DNA of 64,000 nucleotides. Origin: a virus. Taxonomy: Duplodnaviria; Heunggongvirae; Uroviricota; Caudoviricetes. The stretch lies in IMG/VR virus record IMGVR_UViG_3300031417_000379; one strand, 5' to 3'. Under the pieces are notes generated by a model. That model had not been told where the DNA came from and searched no databases. It was given only the letters and a program-made list of their open reading frames with translations. Position 1 is the first letter of the stretch. Each line of letters opens with the position of its first letter. Of this stretch, positions 29,401 through 37,465 are shown piece after piece. Both the position numbers and the translations under genes were made by a program.

Positions 29401-30670
29401 CGCCGGATTTTGCTACGGCCTTCCCGGCGACAGTGTCAGCGTTCTTTACCTCAAGCTGGTCAAGATTAGTGCCGAAAGCGCCCTTAGCGTAGTTCTGTAG
29501 GATAAAGGTCTTCCAAATGGTGCAACCCATGCTATTGACTGCTAGCCCGGTGAGCTGATCCGCTGTTGCACCACTAGCATCTGATACGCAGACACCCTTG
29601 TCAGCGGTTAGGGCCACGCCATCAGATGTCTTGGTTCCGAAGCCCGCTCCGCTAAAGCAGTTAGCTCCGTTAAACGCTCCGATCACACAGCCACTTACTG
29701 TGTTCGAGGCCACCATCGGTGCTTTCGCGAGCATGCTTGGGTTAAGGAGTACGGCTAAGCCGATGATGAACGATACCGCGAGCCAAACGGCCTGACCAAG
29801 CGCATCACGGAAGCGTCGCTTAACAACACCGGTGTAGAGCACGCCGAGCGCAGTCACCATGACAACAATGAGCACGAGTGGCTTATAGATGCTGTTGGTA
29901 AGCGAACCGATGAGGCCGGTGTCGCTAGTGTTCGGAGTACCACCGATGATACGAACTAGATCAATACAGCCGTCTGCTGCCGGAGTATTCGGATCACAGA
30001 TGAATGAAGAGTTAAAAGCGTTGGTGGCTAGCCAGGTAACAGTTGTCTGGATAGCGTTAGCAGCTCCGAGCCCAATCCCGTTAGCCACGTTAGTGACGAA
30101 AGTCTGCTCCCAGAAGCAAGTACCGGTGTTGCGCTCGCCGGTGAGCTTATCCTTGATGTCTCCCCAGTTAGTTTTGTAGGTCTGAGGAAGAATGCCGGCG
30201 GTACTGTCGGACGATCCCTTACCGGTGCCGTCGTCAAGAGCCTTACCAGCGAGCCCATTCTGATTGAGCACATCAGCGTACGGCTTCACGAAGAAGTCTG
30301 ACTCAGGGCCTGGCCCAATGCCGGTGTAGTTTGTCCACGCAGGAGCACCGACTACTTCGTTGATGGTGAACGTGCGGCCCTTAAGCTCCGGATAAAGCTT
30401 TCCGCCCCAGGTGCCGGCACCCCAGGGGCCACGTTCGTCCATGTTTCCGCCGATAACGGTGGTACAGCTCATGCCGAGGCCCGCGCTAGCGGTGGTTACG
30501 TGCTTCGTACTGCTAGCATCGATAGCCAGCGCACCGGCGCCGATACCGATGAGTACCGTCGCTACGGCCGCTAACGCTGCTATAGACGAAGTGAGCCTTG
30601 TCTTGAGGCTTCTGACGCGCGTCCTGTCGGTTGCACCGATGTAGTTGGCGCCTTTGGTTCGAAGCTTCAA
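26435..30670 (-). CDS. 1411-aa polytopic membrane protein (VirB6/TrbL-like, tentative) with ~750-aa coiled-coil and Pro-rich C-terminal tail
   Basis: Signal-like N-terminus, many TM helices in the first ~640 aa, then long A/R/D/E-rich coiled-coil; immediately upstream of the CHAP/transglycosylase gene (Tn916 orf15-orf14-like pairing); a tape-measure role cannot be excluded. Confidence 0.8.
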   Translation of the reverse strand: MKLRTKGANYIGATDRTRVRSLKTRLTSSIAALAAVATVLIGIGAGALAIDASSTKHVTTASAGLGMSCTTVIGGNMDERGPWGAGTWGGKLYPELKGRTFTINEVVGAPAWTNYTGIGPGPESDFFVKPYADVLNQNGLAGKALDDGTGKGSSDSTAGILPQTYKTNWGDIKDKLTGERNTGTCFWEQTFVTNVANGIGLGAANAIQTTVTWLATNAFNSSFICDPNTPAADGCIDLVRIIGGTPNTSDTGLIGSLTNSIYKPLVLIVVMVTALGVLYTGVVKRRFRDALGQAVWLAVSFIIGLAVLLNPSMLAKAPMVASNTVSGCVIGAFNGANCFSGAGFGTKTSDGVALTADKGVCVSDASGATADQLTGLAVNSMGCTIWKTFILQNYAKGAFGTNLDQLEVKNADTVAGKAVAKSGVDPNKFCYSLQTTGSANGYDGKWLESKSGGSKVCNLAVYNMLMQMKVTPAGQTTSNTPTQFDPAWYNLITTVASSDKMWPIWSNGGQQFAQGIVAVVSTILGGILISVVAITALMYYLTAVILMIFAPLFILVGMHPTRGKKIMLGWLETILASILKYLASAIFLLVSLALYSAVLGAADPMSALLFVGILSMVLWMYRKEIVETFSRVNLGGERMANVLDQKIPMMGASARQLGDKAAKMPSSIVGGALGGFAAGGISKMGQGAAIAAQNELRSAPGLVGRTAQATERQKRDNMTDFNREATRAGDTAKRSESTATALDRDADNSAKAAQAFSDNDLATARADQDKAVNGIGEAQSELRDANLDKQRLENVAADADLKLDTESTKAAVHTELEKAVAESGLADGTFGKDMSDFKKLMADVQALGLQAKLAGARGDTVNLVRLEKQRDDAKVQAGQIYNGATNTPEKLKDWKREESAYNAKLNNEKRLDPQFVNDDGTIQKFNENAVLDANKQAMNAGRDLDNADIRITMAENGVTRATEAAGEMRINTQVVQEKASSLDSEAEAARTRARTAEAAAAGNRATADKMFQQMQDLGPGKLPTGRDNRKAMDEAQEIGKGVSTAFKQADGLEATEASAPTLRERAAAAMRETASVSRTGMTLDERLPETNATRQAAEARNAAATQAQDSAKTARGEANNNIELTDRAVRAAVEQLRLAQSDSAMRAEYARGQDDVVRETRGQLEQLEKRMNAPEPGKEITPEMYENARQRLETKLSSSLGAIARDAAAKEAETRAQEALDKMRVEADEARRESREARRDVKDATRDAQSAAKDHEKAIKDNERVQAGIARSQSVLTADDAPMVKKPKTSEDFAINQSLDKLVDMANELAKAAPQTTEQAKEIAKYQELIKSTAKNARNSGAGTNAIARKIEEQIRNLVRLAPEAPAAPTTPTFNDTPPSTPPAPRPGGGIPTRPGGGLPGPQADNPSNGE

Positions 30671-30807
30671 GACTCAGGCCTCACTTAGTTGAAATCAGCG
30701 GTAGTCCGCTGCAGAGTAGCTGATTTGAATATCGACTCAGGGTAAGTCTACAGCGATACGTAGTTCTCTAACTTTGCACGGTCGATTTGCCGTGACGAAC
30801 GTTGAAA

Positions 30808-30856
30808 CTAAGCACCGCGGCCACGCAGTTTTGAAGTGCGTGGCCGCGGTGCTTAG
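30808..30856. terminator. 19-bp perfect-stem hairpin downstream of phoH-like gene
   Basis: ctaagcaccgcggccacgc-agttttgaagt-gcgtggccgcggtgcttag; just past the 30872 stop on the minus strand. Confidence 0.6.
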
Positions 30857-30871
30857 GGGTTACTAGCGAAA

Positions 30872-32299
30872 TCAGTCGTGCTCTAGAATGCCAGCAGCAA
30901 TCTCAGCAACACGCGAACGCTCGGTCTTCGTTAAGGTGATGTGAGCGAAGATGTCCGTATCCTTTAGCGAGTCGATGACTGACCAAATGTCAGCATCCTT
31001 ACCGGACTTTAGGAAACGGTTGTCAACCTGAGCAGAGTCGGCGGTGAGAACGATCTTCGTCCCCTGGCCGGCTCGCGAAAGGATGTTCAGAATCTCGGAT
31101 CGGCTGAAGTTCTGAGCCTCTTCAAGAATCATAAAGGTACGAGCAAGCGAGCGACCACGGAGATAAGTGATCGGAGCGATCTCTACCATCTCTCGCATCT
31201 TCTTCGACTCTTCCTTCTGCTTTTCACGAGCAGCCTGAGTTGCGTTCTTCGGGAGTGGCTTCTCAAGGCGCCCGAGGGTGTCGATAGCGTCAAATACAGC
31301 GCCAGCCCAGGGGCCCATCTTCTCATCGACGCTTCCCGGGAGGAATCCCATCTCCTGACCCTGACCAAGCTCGTGGAGGGAACGGAAGATCATGATCTTC
31401 TCATACGTCCCGGCCTTTAGCTCGCTAAGAGCAGCTGCGATAGTAAGAAGCGTCTTTCCGGTACCGGCGCCACCACCAACCGAAACAACGGGGAGCTCCT
31501 CCGGAGATGCGGTAAGCAGTTCGAGGAGTACGTTCTGCTCGATCGTCTTACCGGTAACCTTCATGGCCTTCTTCTTGTGACCAACCTTAGTGATCTTTTT
31601 GTTGGAGACAAGAACGGCGGCCTTGGCTGGCTCACCCTGGATGGTGAACTCGACAAAGCTGGTGCTCGGTGCATCTTCAGGAAGATTGGCAAGCACGTAA
31701 GCCTCTAGCTCGGCATCAACGCCGTCGCTGTAAAGACCGAAAGCGTCAACATCTTCGTTCTTCACGTCGATTACGAAGCGCCCCTGGAACGGCTTCTTGA
31801 GATTACGAGTAGAGGAGTACTCAAAAGCCTCAAGATCGAGCTCAAGCGAAGCGTGTAGACGCATCGGCATGTCGTTGGAAAGGAGTACAACATTCTCACC
31901 CTCCTCGCGCAGGTTGACAGCAACGGCTAGAATTGTGCTGTCGTTGGTTCCGTTCTGCAGGTGCTCAGGGAGTGAGGTCTGGCGTGAGTGGTTCGGCTCG
32001 ATCTGAATGCGAACGCCGGGGTGATCCTCAAGCTCGATTCCCGCCTTGAGCTTGGAAGCATCGGTGATGCGGTAGTTCTCGATGAGTCGCAGCCATTCAC
32101 GTGCCAGGAAGCCCAGAGTGGCGTGAGTCCGCTTTTCCTCAAGCTCTCGAACGACTACGGCTGGAATAACAACCTTACAATCGCTTAGATTCTCGAGGAG
32201 GAACGTCCCTGCAATAAGCAGTGAGGACGTGTCGCTAACTACAACCTTCCCTTTCAAAACTTCGGTTAATGAGCTGGTCTGGATCTTCGAAGATGGCAT
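30872..32299 (-). CDS. phoH: PhoH2-like ATPase (N-terminal PIN domain + PhoH-like P-loop ATPase)
   Basis: Walker A GGGAGTGKT, PhoH-like C-terminal region, and an N-terminal PIN-like acidic-residue segment (VVSDTSSLL..). Confidence 0.85.
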   Translation of the reverse strand: MPSSKIQTSSLTEVLKGKVVVSDTSSLLIAGTFLLENLSDCKVVIPAVVVRELEEKRTHATLGFLAREWLRLIENYRITDASKLKAGIELEDHPGVRIQIEPNHSRQTSLPEHLQNGTNDSTILAVAVNLREEGENVVLLSNDMPMRLHASLELDLEAFEYSSTRNLKKPFQGRFVIDVKNEDVDAFGLYSDGVDAELEAYVLANLPEDAPSTSFVEFTIQGEPAKAAVLVSNKKITKVGHKKKAMKVTGKTIEQNVLLELLTASPEELPVVSVGGGAGTGKTLLTIAAALSELKAGTYEKIMIFRSLHELGQGQEMGFLPGSVDEKMGPWAGAVFDAIDTLGRLEKPLPKNATQAAREKQKEESKKMREMVEIAPITYLRGRSLARTFMILEEAQNFSRSEILNILSRAGQGTKIVLTADSAQVDNRFLKSGKDADIWSVIDSLKDTDIFAHITLTKTERSRVAEIAAGILEHD

Positions 32300-32349
32300 G
32301 CTCTACCTTATTCTATTGGTTGTGGAGTACTGCTAAGCGATGTTAAGTT

Positions 32350-32416
32350 GTATGGTTCTTTCTAACAAGAAAGCTACCCTTCTAACAAGCTTGAGGGAGG
32401 AAGCGTTGTGCCTCCT
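32350..32416. promoter_or_regulatory. two ttctaacaag direct repeats (20-bp spacing) followed by a 13-bp perfect-stem hairpin, upstream of phoH
   Basis: Repeats at 32350-32359 and 32370-32379; hairpin agcttgagggagg...cctccctcaagct at 32378-32416; lies between the TadE-like gene stop and the phoH start. Confidence 0.4.
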
Positions 32417-32464
32417 CCCTCAAGCTATATCAGTAGTAATGAGCGCCAGCTCACAACTCAGGCT

Positions 32465-33115
32465 TCACTTGGAGATGTCTTCGTTAGATCCGAAGGTGAT
32501 GCCGGAGACCACGCTCTTACTAGTGTAACAGCCGGCTTTCTTCCCAAGTACTGCGAAGCCATCGCCGAGAAGGGAGTGTGAAGCTTCGTAAACCGTTGCT
32601 GACAAGACACGGTAATTAGGCTTTGTGTTCGGAGAATGTACAGCCTGTGCCGGTGCGCCACCGTTCGAGATATAGAGCGGGGCGTCAACCGAGCTTACTC
32701 CTCGACCTCGTGAAGGGTCAAGACTAATCTCCATGTACGGAGATGCGTGTACGACTCCGTTTACCTCCACTGTGCTACATGTGGAGCCGGAGCCTTCTGC
32801 CGTCTGGTAAGCAGCACTGTCTTTACCGGCCACTAAGTTTGGGTTAGCGGTACGGTTCGTTAGCTGCATATACTCGCTCACGAACGTATCGACCGAACCC
32901 TTATCGAGGAAACCGGCGTTGTTAATGGCTCCAGCGGCTTTCTGAGCTGACGCTTGAGCGGAATCAGAGAATGAGGCCTTGAACCAGCTGTTCTGAGCGA
33001 GACCTACAGCAAACATGAACGCGGCCATGAACAGAGGAATACAGATGAGCACGGTCACAAGAACCGCGTCACCTCGATCCCTTTGCTTTTTAAGAATAGA
33101 GTCATAGCTAAGCAT
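32465..33115 (-). CDS. TadE/TadG-like pseudopilin-type protein
   Basis: N-terminus ...QRDRGDAVLVTVLICIPLFMAAFMF resembles the TadE-like N-terminal helix. Confidence 0.55.
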   Translation of the reverse strand: MLSYDSILKKQRDRGDAVLVTVLICIPLFMAAFMFAVGLAQNSWFKASFSDSAQASAQKAAGAINNAGFLDKGSVDTFVSEYMQLTNRTANPNLVAGKDSAAYQTAEGSGSTCSTVEVNGVVHASPYMEISLDPSRGRGVSSVDAPLYISNGGAPAQAVHSPNTKPNYRVLSATVYEASHSLLGDGFAVLGKKAGCYTSKSVVSGITFGSNEDISK

Positions 33116-33117
33116 GC

Positions 33118-33723
33118 TTAGTTCCTGTTGACGAGAGCGGAGTCGTTAAGGTTAACCTCGGTTGTGGTAGTGACACGCGTGGTCATTACGCCGTCGAGGC
33201 CCCCGCCGGCCTTAACATTAGCGTTACCGGCAGCACGTAGGAGTGTGAGACCGGAGCCAGGAACACCGGCGTACTTCCACTGAACATCACAGAACGCCTG
33301 CTGTCCGATGAAGTTTGACTTGCTCGGGCCACAAGTGACCTTAGTAATAGTCACATTAGTAAGCCCAGCAGAAGTGCTAAGGTTAGCCATAAGCTGGCAC
33401 TCGATGGCGGTGTTCTTCGTCATCGGGTTACCACTAATCTGAACGTTCGGGTTATTCACTAGCCCCGAACATGGATTAACAGCTGAACCGTAAGCCTTCT
33501 CAAGTTTAGTCTCTTGAGTGTTCGTACCGTTACCACCGAAGATAGAAACGGTACGAACAGCATCACGAGTTGAGCTTAAGATTACGTTGCGGTTCATAAA
33601 GAAGATCGAAGTATCGACAATCGTAATGAGAATTGCAACAATGAGCGGGATGACAATGATGGTAGACACCAGGGTAGAGTCACCCCGGTCACGCATTCTG
33701 CGCTTGAGTTTGGAAAACAGCAT
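33118..33723 (-). CDS. TadE-like protein (paralog of the preceding gene)
   Basis: N-terminus MRDRGDSTLVSTIIVIPLIVAILITIV matches the same pattern. Confidence 0.55.
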   Translation of the reverse strand: MLFSKLKRRMRDRGDSTLVSTIIVIPLIVAILITIVDTSIFFMNRNVILSSTRDAVRTVSIFGGNGTNTQETKLEKAYGSAVNPCSGLVNNPNVQISGNPMTKNTAIECQLMANLSTSAGLTNVTITKVTCGPSKSNFIGQQAFCDVQWKYAGVPGSGLTLLRAAGNANVKAGGGLDGVMTTRVTTTTEVNLNDSALVNRN

Positions 33724-33795
33724 CTGCCTACTCCTGATTGGTCATCTAGCTATTGCGAATATCACTTAGGCTACTTTCTGACCTTTCTAAACGAG

Positions 33796-34665
33796 TCAGC
33801 CGGCAAACGCCTGAAGCTGCTTTACCTGCTCCTGGAGTCGACTAATCTCGTCAGCGTAAGACTCGCACTGAGAGCAATTAAAGACTCCCGGAGGGTTACC
33901 CCAGTTATTGTCGGCCACGTCAATGATGGAAACGTAGAAACGACGGCGTGCGTCTAGATTAAGGTGCTGATCAGCAGCGCTGTTGGGAGTCTGATCAAAG
34001 ATTAGCATACGAAGATAGTCAGTGGTGGACAGGCATAGACGCTGTGCACGGAACTTAACCTTCTCAGCTTCAGCGTAAGTCATACGGCCCTGAAGTCGCA
34101 CCCCACGCTTATCACCGGTCTTTGAAACTAGCTTGTCGAGCTTTTTCATGAGATCAACGAGCTCGCGCTCCATGATCGCCACCTGCTCCGCATCATCGTG
34201 ATCTTCGCCCTCTTCGAGAGCAACCTCGATCATCTTCTTACGGTTCTTCAGGTCCTTCTGGCCTTTCGAGAGGCCGTCTAGCTCATCAAGAGCTTTCTCA
34301 GCAATCTCACGCCAGTCAGCCATGTTCGGAGTACCCATTGCTCGTGAGCGGATGAGCGCGCCAAGAGTAGTGGATTGACCAGTAGCCTTAATCGCGCGAA
34401 CCTCACCGTCGAGGATAGCTCGCTCGCCTGCTGAAAGAGCGATCGATACACGCTGATCCAGCGGGGCACCCTTGCGACGCCGCGCTGCGGTGCGAGGCTT
34501 CCAATCTTTGAAGATCTCGATGAGGTCAGTCTGTCCTCGGCGTTCTAGGATCTTTAGCTTCTGATCTACAGACAACGCTTCTCCAGCGGTGTTATAGCTC
34601 TTCGAAGCGTGATCGTGACGCTGATCGTTGAACTTCCTCGTCAGGTTCTCGGTGGTGTGAGCCAT
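33796..34665 (-). CDS. MobC-like relaxosome accessory protein (two RHH-like repeats)
   Basis: Two copies of the MobC-type motif: RVSIALSAGERAILDGEVRAIKATGQSTTLGALIRSRAM and RMTYAEAEKVKFRAQRLCLSTTDYLRMLIFD. Confidence 0.5.
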   Translation of the reverse strand: MAHTTENLTRKFNDQRHDHASKSYNTAGEALSVDQKLKILERRGQTDLIEIFKDWKPRTAARRRKGAPLDQRVSIALSAGERAILDGEVRAIKATGQSTTLGALIRSRAMGTPNMADWREIAEKALDELDGLSKGQKDLKNRKKMIEVALEEGEDHDDAEQVAIMERELVDLMKKLDKLVSKTGDKRGVRLQGRMTYAEAEKVKFRAQRLCLSTTDYLRMLIFDQTPNSAADQHLNLDARRRFYVSIIDVADNNWGNPPGVFNCSQCESYADEISRLQEQVKQLQAFAG

Positions 34666-34770
34666 CGTTACTCCATACCCTCTAATTAGCTGTAGCTGAC
34701 AGCTTGAGCGATTTGTTTGCTGTTGTGCAGTGGTTGTATGTGGTGCAGGACTAAGCTCTTAGAATTGCTT

Positions 34771-35598
34771 CTAGCACTTCGTCTTAATGACGTTCTCGAC
34801 AGCTTTCTTATCGGCCTCGGTGATGGTGAGCCCGTATTTGTCGATGACCGTTACGAAAGAGTTCACGTACTGGCACTGGAAAGCGCCGTTCGGAGGAAGA
34901 TACTCAGACGGCCCCTTGTCACCTTTGCTTCGGTTCTCTTTAGCAATAGAGATGTAGAGGTTCTGAGGATCGTTAGCGAGCTGCTCTTTCTTCGCCGCGC
35001 TAAGCTTGTCTCCGCCGCTCTTCGCCGCTAAGCTTAGAGCCACCACGTGATCGATGTCCAGCTTGGACGAGTCAGTCACCTTGGTCTTTGCGTAAGGCTC
35101 AACCCATGCACCGCCGGTGATCTTGCAGGTGGATGGATCGTGCGTTACGTTAGTGCCACTCTTAATGAGTACGTCTTCTCTGGTGTCGCAGCCGTTGCCG
35201 TCGAGATCACTCCAGTGCTTCCACTGCGAGCGAGAGTAATCGGTGCTCTGCTCAGGCTTCACTACAAGCGAGTTAAGCTGTTTCGTGAGTTGCGAAGCAG
35301 TAACCGGCTTCTCACCTGTCTTATCTCCGCTAGCGGAGGGGATCTTTGCGCCCTTACCCTCTTCGTAGCCGGGGATCGGCGTCTCGCAGGTCCAGTGTAG
35401 GTCGCTTACGCCACAGTTCTCGATCTGACTGCTCGCGGTACGGAAGTAGTCTAGTGCATCGCTGATGCTGCGGATGTTATTGCTGTTACCCCAGGCTATA
35501 ACGAAAGCTACAATGAGTAGAATGCTGAAGCCGCTAAAGAGGCCGGCTTTAAGACCGCCACCGCCTCCTCCACCGCCTCTACCGGTACGTCGCGCCAT
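34771..35598 (-). CDS. membrane-anchored secreted DUF1524/HNH-like (His-Me finger) nuclease
   Basis: Gly-rich basic N-terminus + TM helix; domain with WKHWSDLDGNGCDTREDVLIKSG and DIDHVVALSLA resembling DUF1524 secreted nucleases. Confidence 0.55.
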   Translation of the reverse strand: MARRTGRGGGGGGGGLKAGLFSGFSILLIVAFVIAWGNSNNIRSISDALDYFRTASSQIENCGVSDLHWTCETPIPGYEEGKGAKIPSASGDKTGEKPVTASQLTKQLNSLVVKPEQSTDYSRSQWKHWSDLDGNGCDTREDVLIKSGTNVTHDPSTCKITGGAWVEPYAKTKVTDSSKLDIDHVVALSLAAKSGGDKLSAAKKEQLANDPQNLYISIAKENRSKGDKGPSEYLPPNGAFQCQYVNSFVTVIDKYGLTITEADKKAVENVIKTKC

Positions 35599-35601
35599 GG
35601 A

Positions 35602-37005
35602 TCAAGCCTCCCCTGAGCCGAAGATGAAGTCCCCGACATCATTGGAGTTTCTAAAGCCGGATGTAGCAAGGAACGAGAGGTTCGTAGTCTGCTTGAACGA
35701 CTTGATTCGAGTCGAGTCACCGGGCATCTGCTCGAGGAAGAGTTCGGCCTGGTCACCTGCAGTCCATGTGACGTTGATGTCGAGGTCAGCGTAGCGCTGC
35801 TTCACGATGGAGCAGTACTTACGAAGGATTTCCTCGGTAGGCGTTTCTACAACAATGCGGTAAGAGCCCTCAACCCATGGGGCCTTATCGCTGCCGAGGA
35901 CATCAGTCATAATCTGCACATCTTCGAGCGCTCGGGCCACATCGTCAGGAAGACCGCCGTTGATGACGCTTCCGGTGGCTGTAGCTCCAGCATAAGCGTT
36001 CTCGATCTCGTCTTTCTGTTCTTTCTTCTTCTTCTCGATTTCTTTCTTCATGATTTCTGACGGCTTAAGCGTCAGTCGAGCGTAGAGAGTGAACGGAAGG
36101 CTAAGTTTGTTCGGGAAGTACATGAACGGGAACGTGCCAGGGTAGTTGCTAAAGCGCGGGAATTTAGTAAAGCTTAGGCAAGCACGGTAACCCTCCAGCT
36201 CTTGACCATCTACAATCTGGTTGATCTTGAGCCAACGGTACTTGTTCTCAATAGCCGAGGCGGTCTCAAGCTCCATGTCTCCAGGGCCGAGGCGTGATTC
36301 GTGGTCAACGTCAAGGTACGGAGTCGGCATGGAGGGGTACATCTGTCGCTTGATCAGAAGTAGAATATCCTCGGAGGTAAGGCGCTTTGCCTGGAGATTC
36401 CCGTTCGCAAGAGTACGGAAGATCTCCGCCTCTTTACGCCGAGCACTATCTTCCTCGTCTGCTGAAATCTCTTCACCGGGAATGGCTAGAGCGCGATCCC
36501 ACCACTTGAGAAGCTGCTCTTTCGTGCCCTTGATACCCATTTCGAGGAAGTTTACGTCTTCGAACTCGAGAGCACCACGTTTACCGATGTTTACGCCGAG
36601 AGTAACTACCTTCTTGAGGTACTCCTCCTGCTTGAGATAGCGAATCTGATCATCGAGGTATTTGTCGAACCCGGGAGACCGTCGCCAATCCTGAGTGATC
36701 TCTTGGATCTGAACGCTCCAGGCGTCAATGTCAATCGGGACGGAAGATTCGATGATGTGGATATCCATCGATTCTTTACGGTCACCCATAAGGTTCGTAA
36801 AAGCGTTAGCAATTTGGAACGCGCCGGCGATCTTTCCATCTGATGAAAGGAAGTCGAAGACATCCGTCGTAAGACGGTAGTAAGCCCATGTTTCGGTCTT
36901 TGAGAACACCAGATTATCTACCACTGCGACCGCTGCTGGCTTTAAGTCTTTCTTGGCTGCCTTTGCCTTCTTCGCCTTAGCGTCCTTCGATTCTTTCTCA
37001 GCCAT
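35602..37005 (-). CDS. hypothetical protein (possible ATPase-less VirB4 N-terminal-domain homologue)
   Basis: 467 aa; N-terminal lysine-rich tail, then VVDNLVFSKTETWAYYRL... pattern reminiscent of VirB4/TcpF N-terminal domains; no Walker A found. Confidence 0.75.
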   Translation of the reverse strand: MAEKESKDAKAKKAKAAKKDLKPAAVAVVDNLVFSKTETWAYYRLTTDVFDFLSSDGKIAGAFQIANAFTNLMGDRKESMDIHIIESSVPIDIDAWSVQIQEITQDWRRSPGFDKYLDDQIRYLKQEEYLKKVVTLGVNIGKRGALEFEDVNFLEMGIKGTKEQLLKWWDRALAIPGEEISADEEDSARRKEAEIFRTLANGNLQAKRLTSEDILLLIKRQMYPSMPTPYLDVDHESRLGPGDMELETASAIENKYRWLKINQIVDGQELEGYRACLSFTKFPRFSNYPGTFPFMYFPNKLSLPFTLYARLTLKPSEIMKKEIEKKKKEQKDEIENAYAGATATGSVINGGLPDDVARALEDVQIMTDVLGSDKAPWVEGSYRIVVETPTEEILRKYCSIVKQRYADLDINVTWTAGDQAELFLEQMPGDSTRIKSFKQTTNLSFLATSGFRNSNDVGDFIFGSGEA

Positions 37006-37059
37006 AGCAACCGTCCGTTCTGAGTTGGTGTGTCACGTTCTATATCGTTTTGGTGCTTA

Positions 37060-37105
37060 AACTTCTAGCCACTGACAAGTGTTAACTCGTCAGTGGCTAG
37101 AAGTT
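37060..37105. terminator. 17-bp perfect-stem hairpin (aacttctagccactgac/gtcagtggctagaagtt)
   Basis: Between the 37117 stop and the 37005 start on the minus strand. Confidence 0.5.
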
Positions 37106-37116
37106 ATGAGCTGATC

Positions 37117-37419
37117 TTAATTGATCTGTTTAGCTGCCTTCTCAGCGGTGCCGGTTAGTGCACCACCATCACCGAACAGTGCCGGACCGGCGAAGATGAG
37201 CACACCGACGATGGCAGCAATACCGATGAAGCCGATGAGCTTTGTCCAGGAGCGGTCTTTAATGAACATGATAGCGAAAATAGCTACAGCCGCAATGAAG
37301 ATTGGAGTAACCCACCCTGAACGGAGAGAGTTCCAAAGCTCATTCAGACCAGCAGCTGGGATTACAGTTGCTAGATAGGTGAATGTGTTTAACATGGTTG
37401 ACCCCAGTTGTGTTTGCAA
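37117..37419 (-). CDS. small hydrophobic protein (VirB2/pilin-like, tentative)
   Basis: 100 aa with 2-3 TM helices, located next to a TraG-like ATPase. Confidence 0.65.
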   Translation of the reverse strand: MQTQLGSTMLNTFTYLATVIPAAGLNELWNSLRSGWVTPIFIAAVAIFAIMFIKDRSWTKLIGFIGIAAIVGVLIFAGPALFGDGGALTGTAEKAAKQIN

Positions 37420-37465
37420 ACATTACCGGTTGGAGGCCGGCGATTCGAATATCGGTATCTCTAAC

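Noticed and set aside
26541-30644. Numerous 60-140-aa ORFs on both strands inside the 1411-aa gene
   Set aside because: Nested in or antisense to a long uninterrupted ORF; these are artefacts of repetitive Ala/Arg-rich coding.
35602-37005. Calling the 467-aa protein a VirB4 ATPase
   Set aside because: No Walker A/B motifs present; only the N-terminal region is reminiscent of VirB4-family N-domains, so kept as hypothetical.
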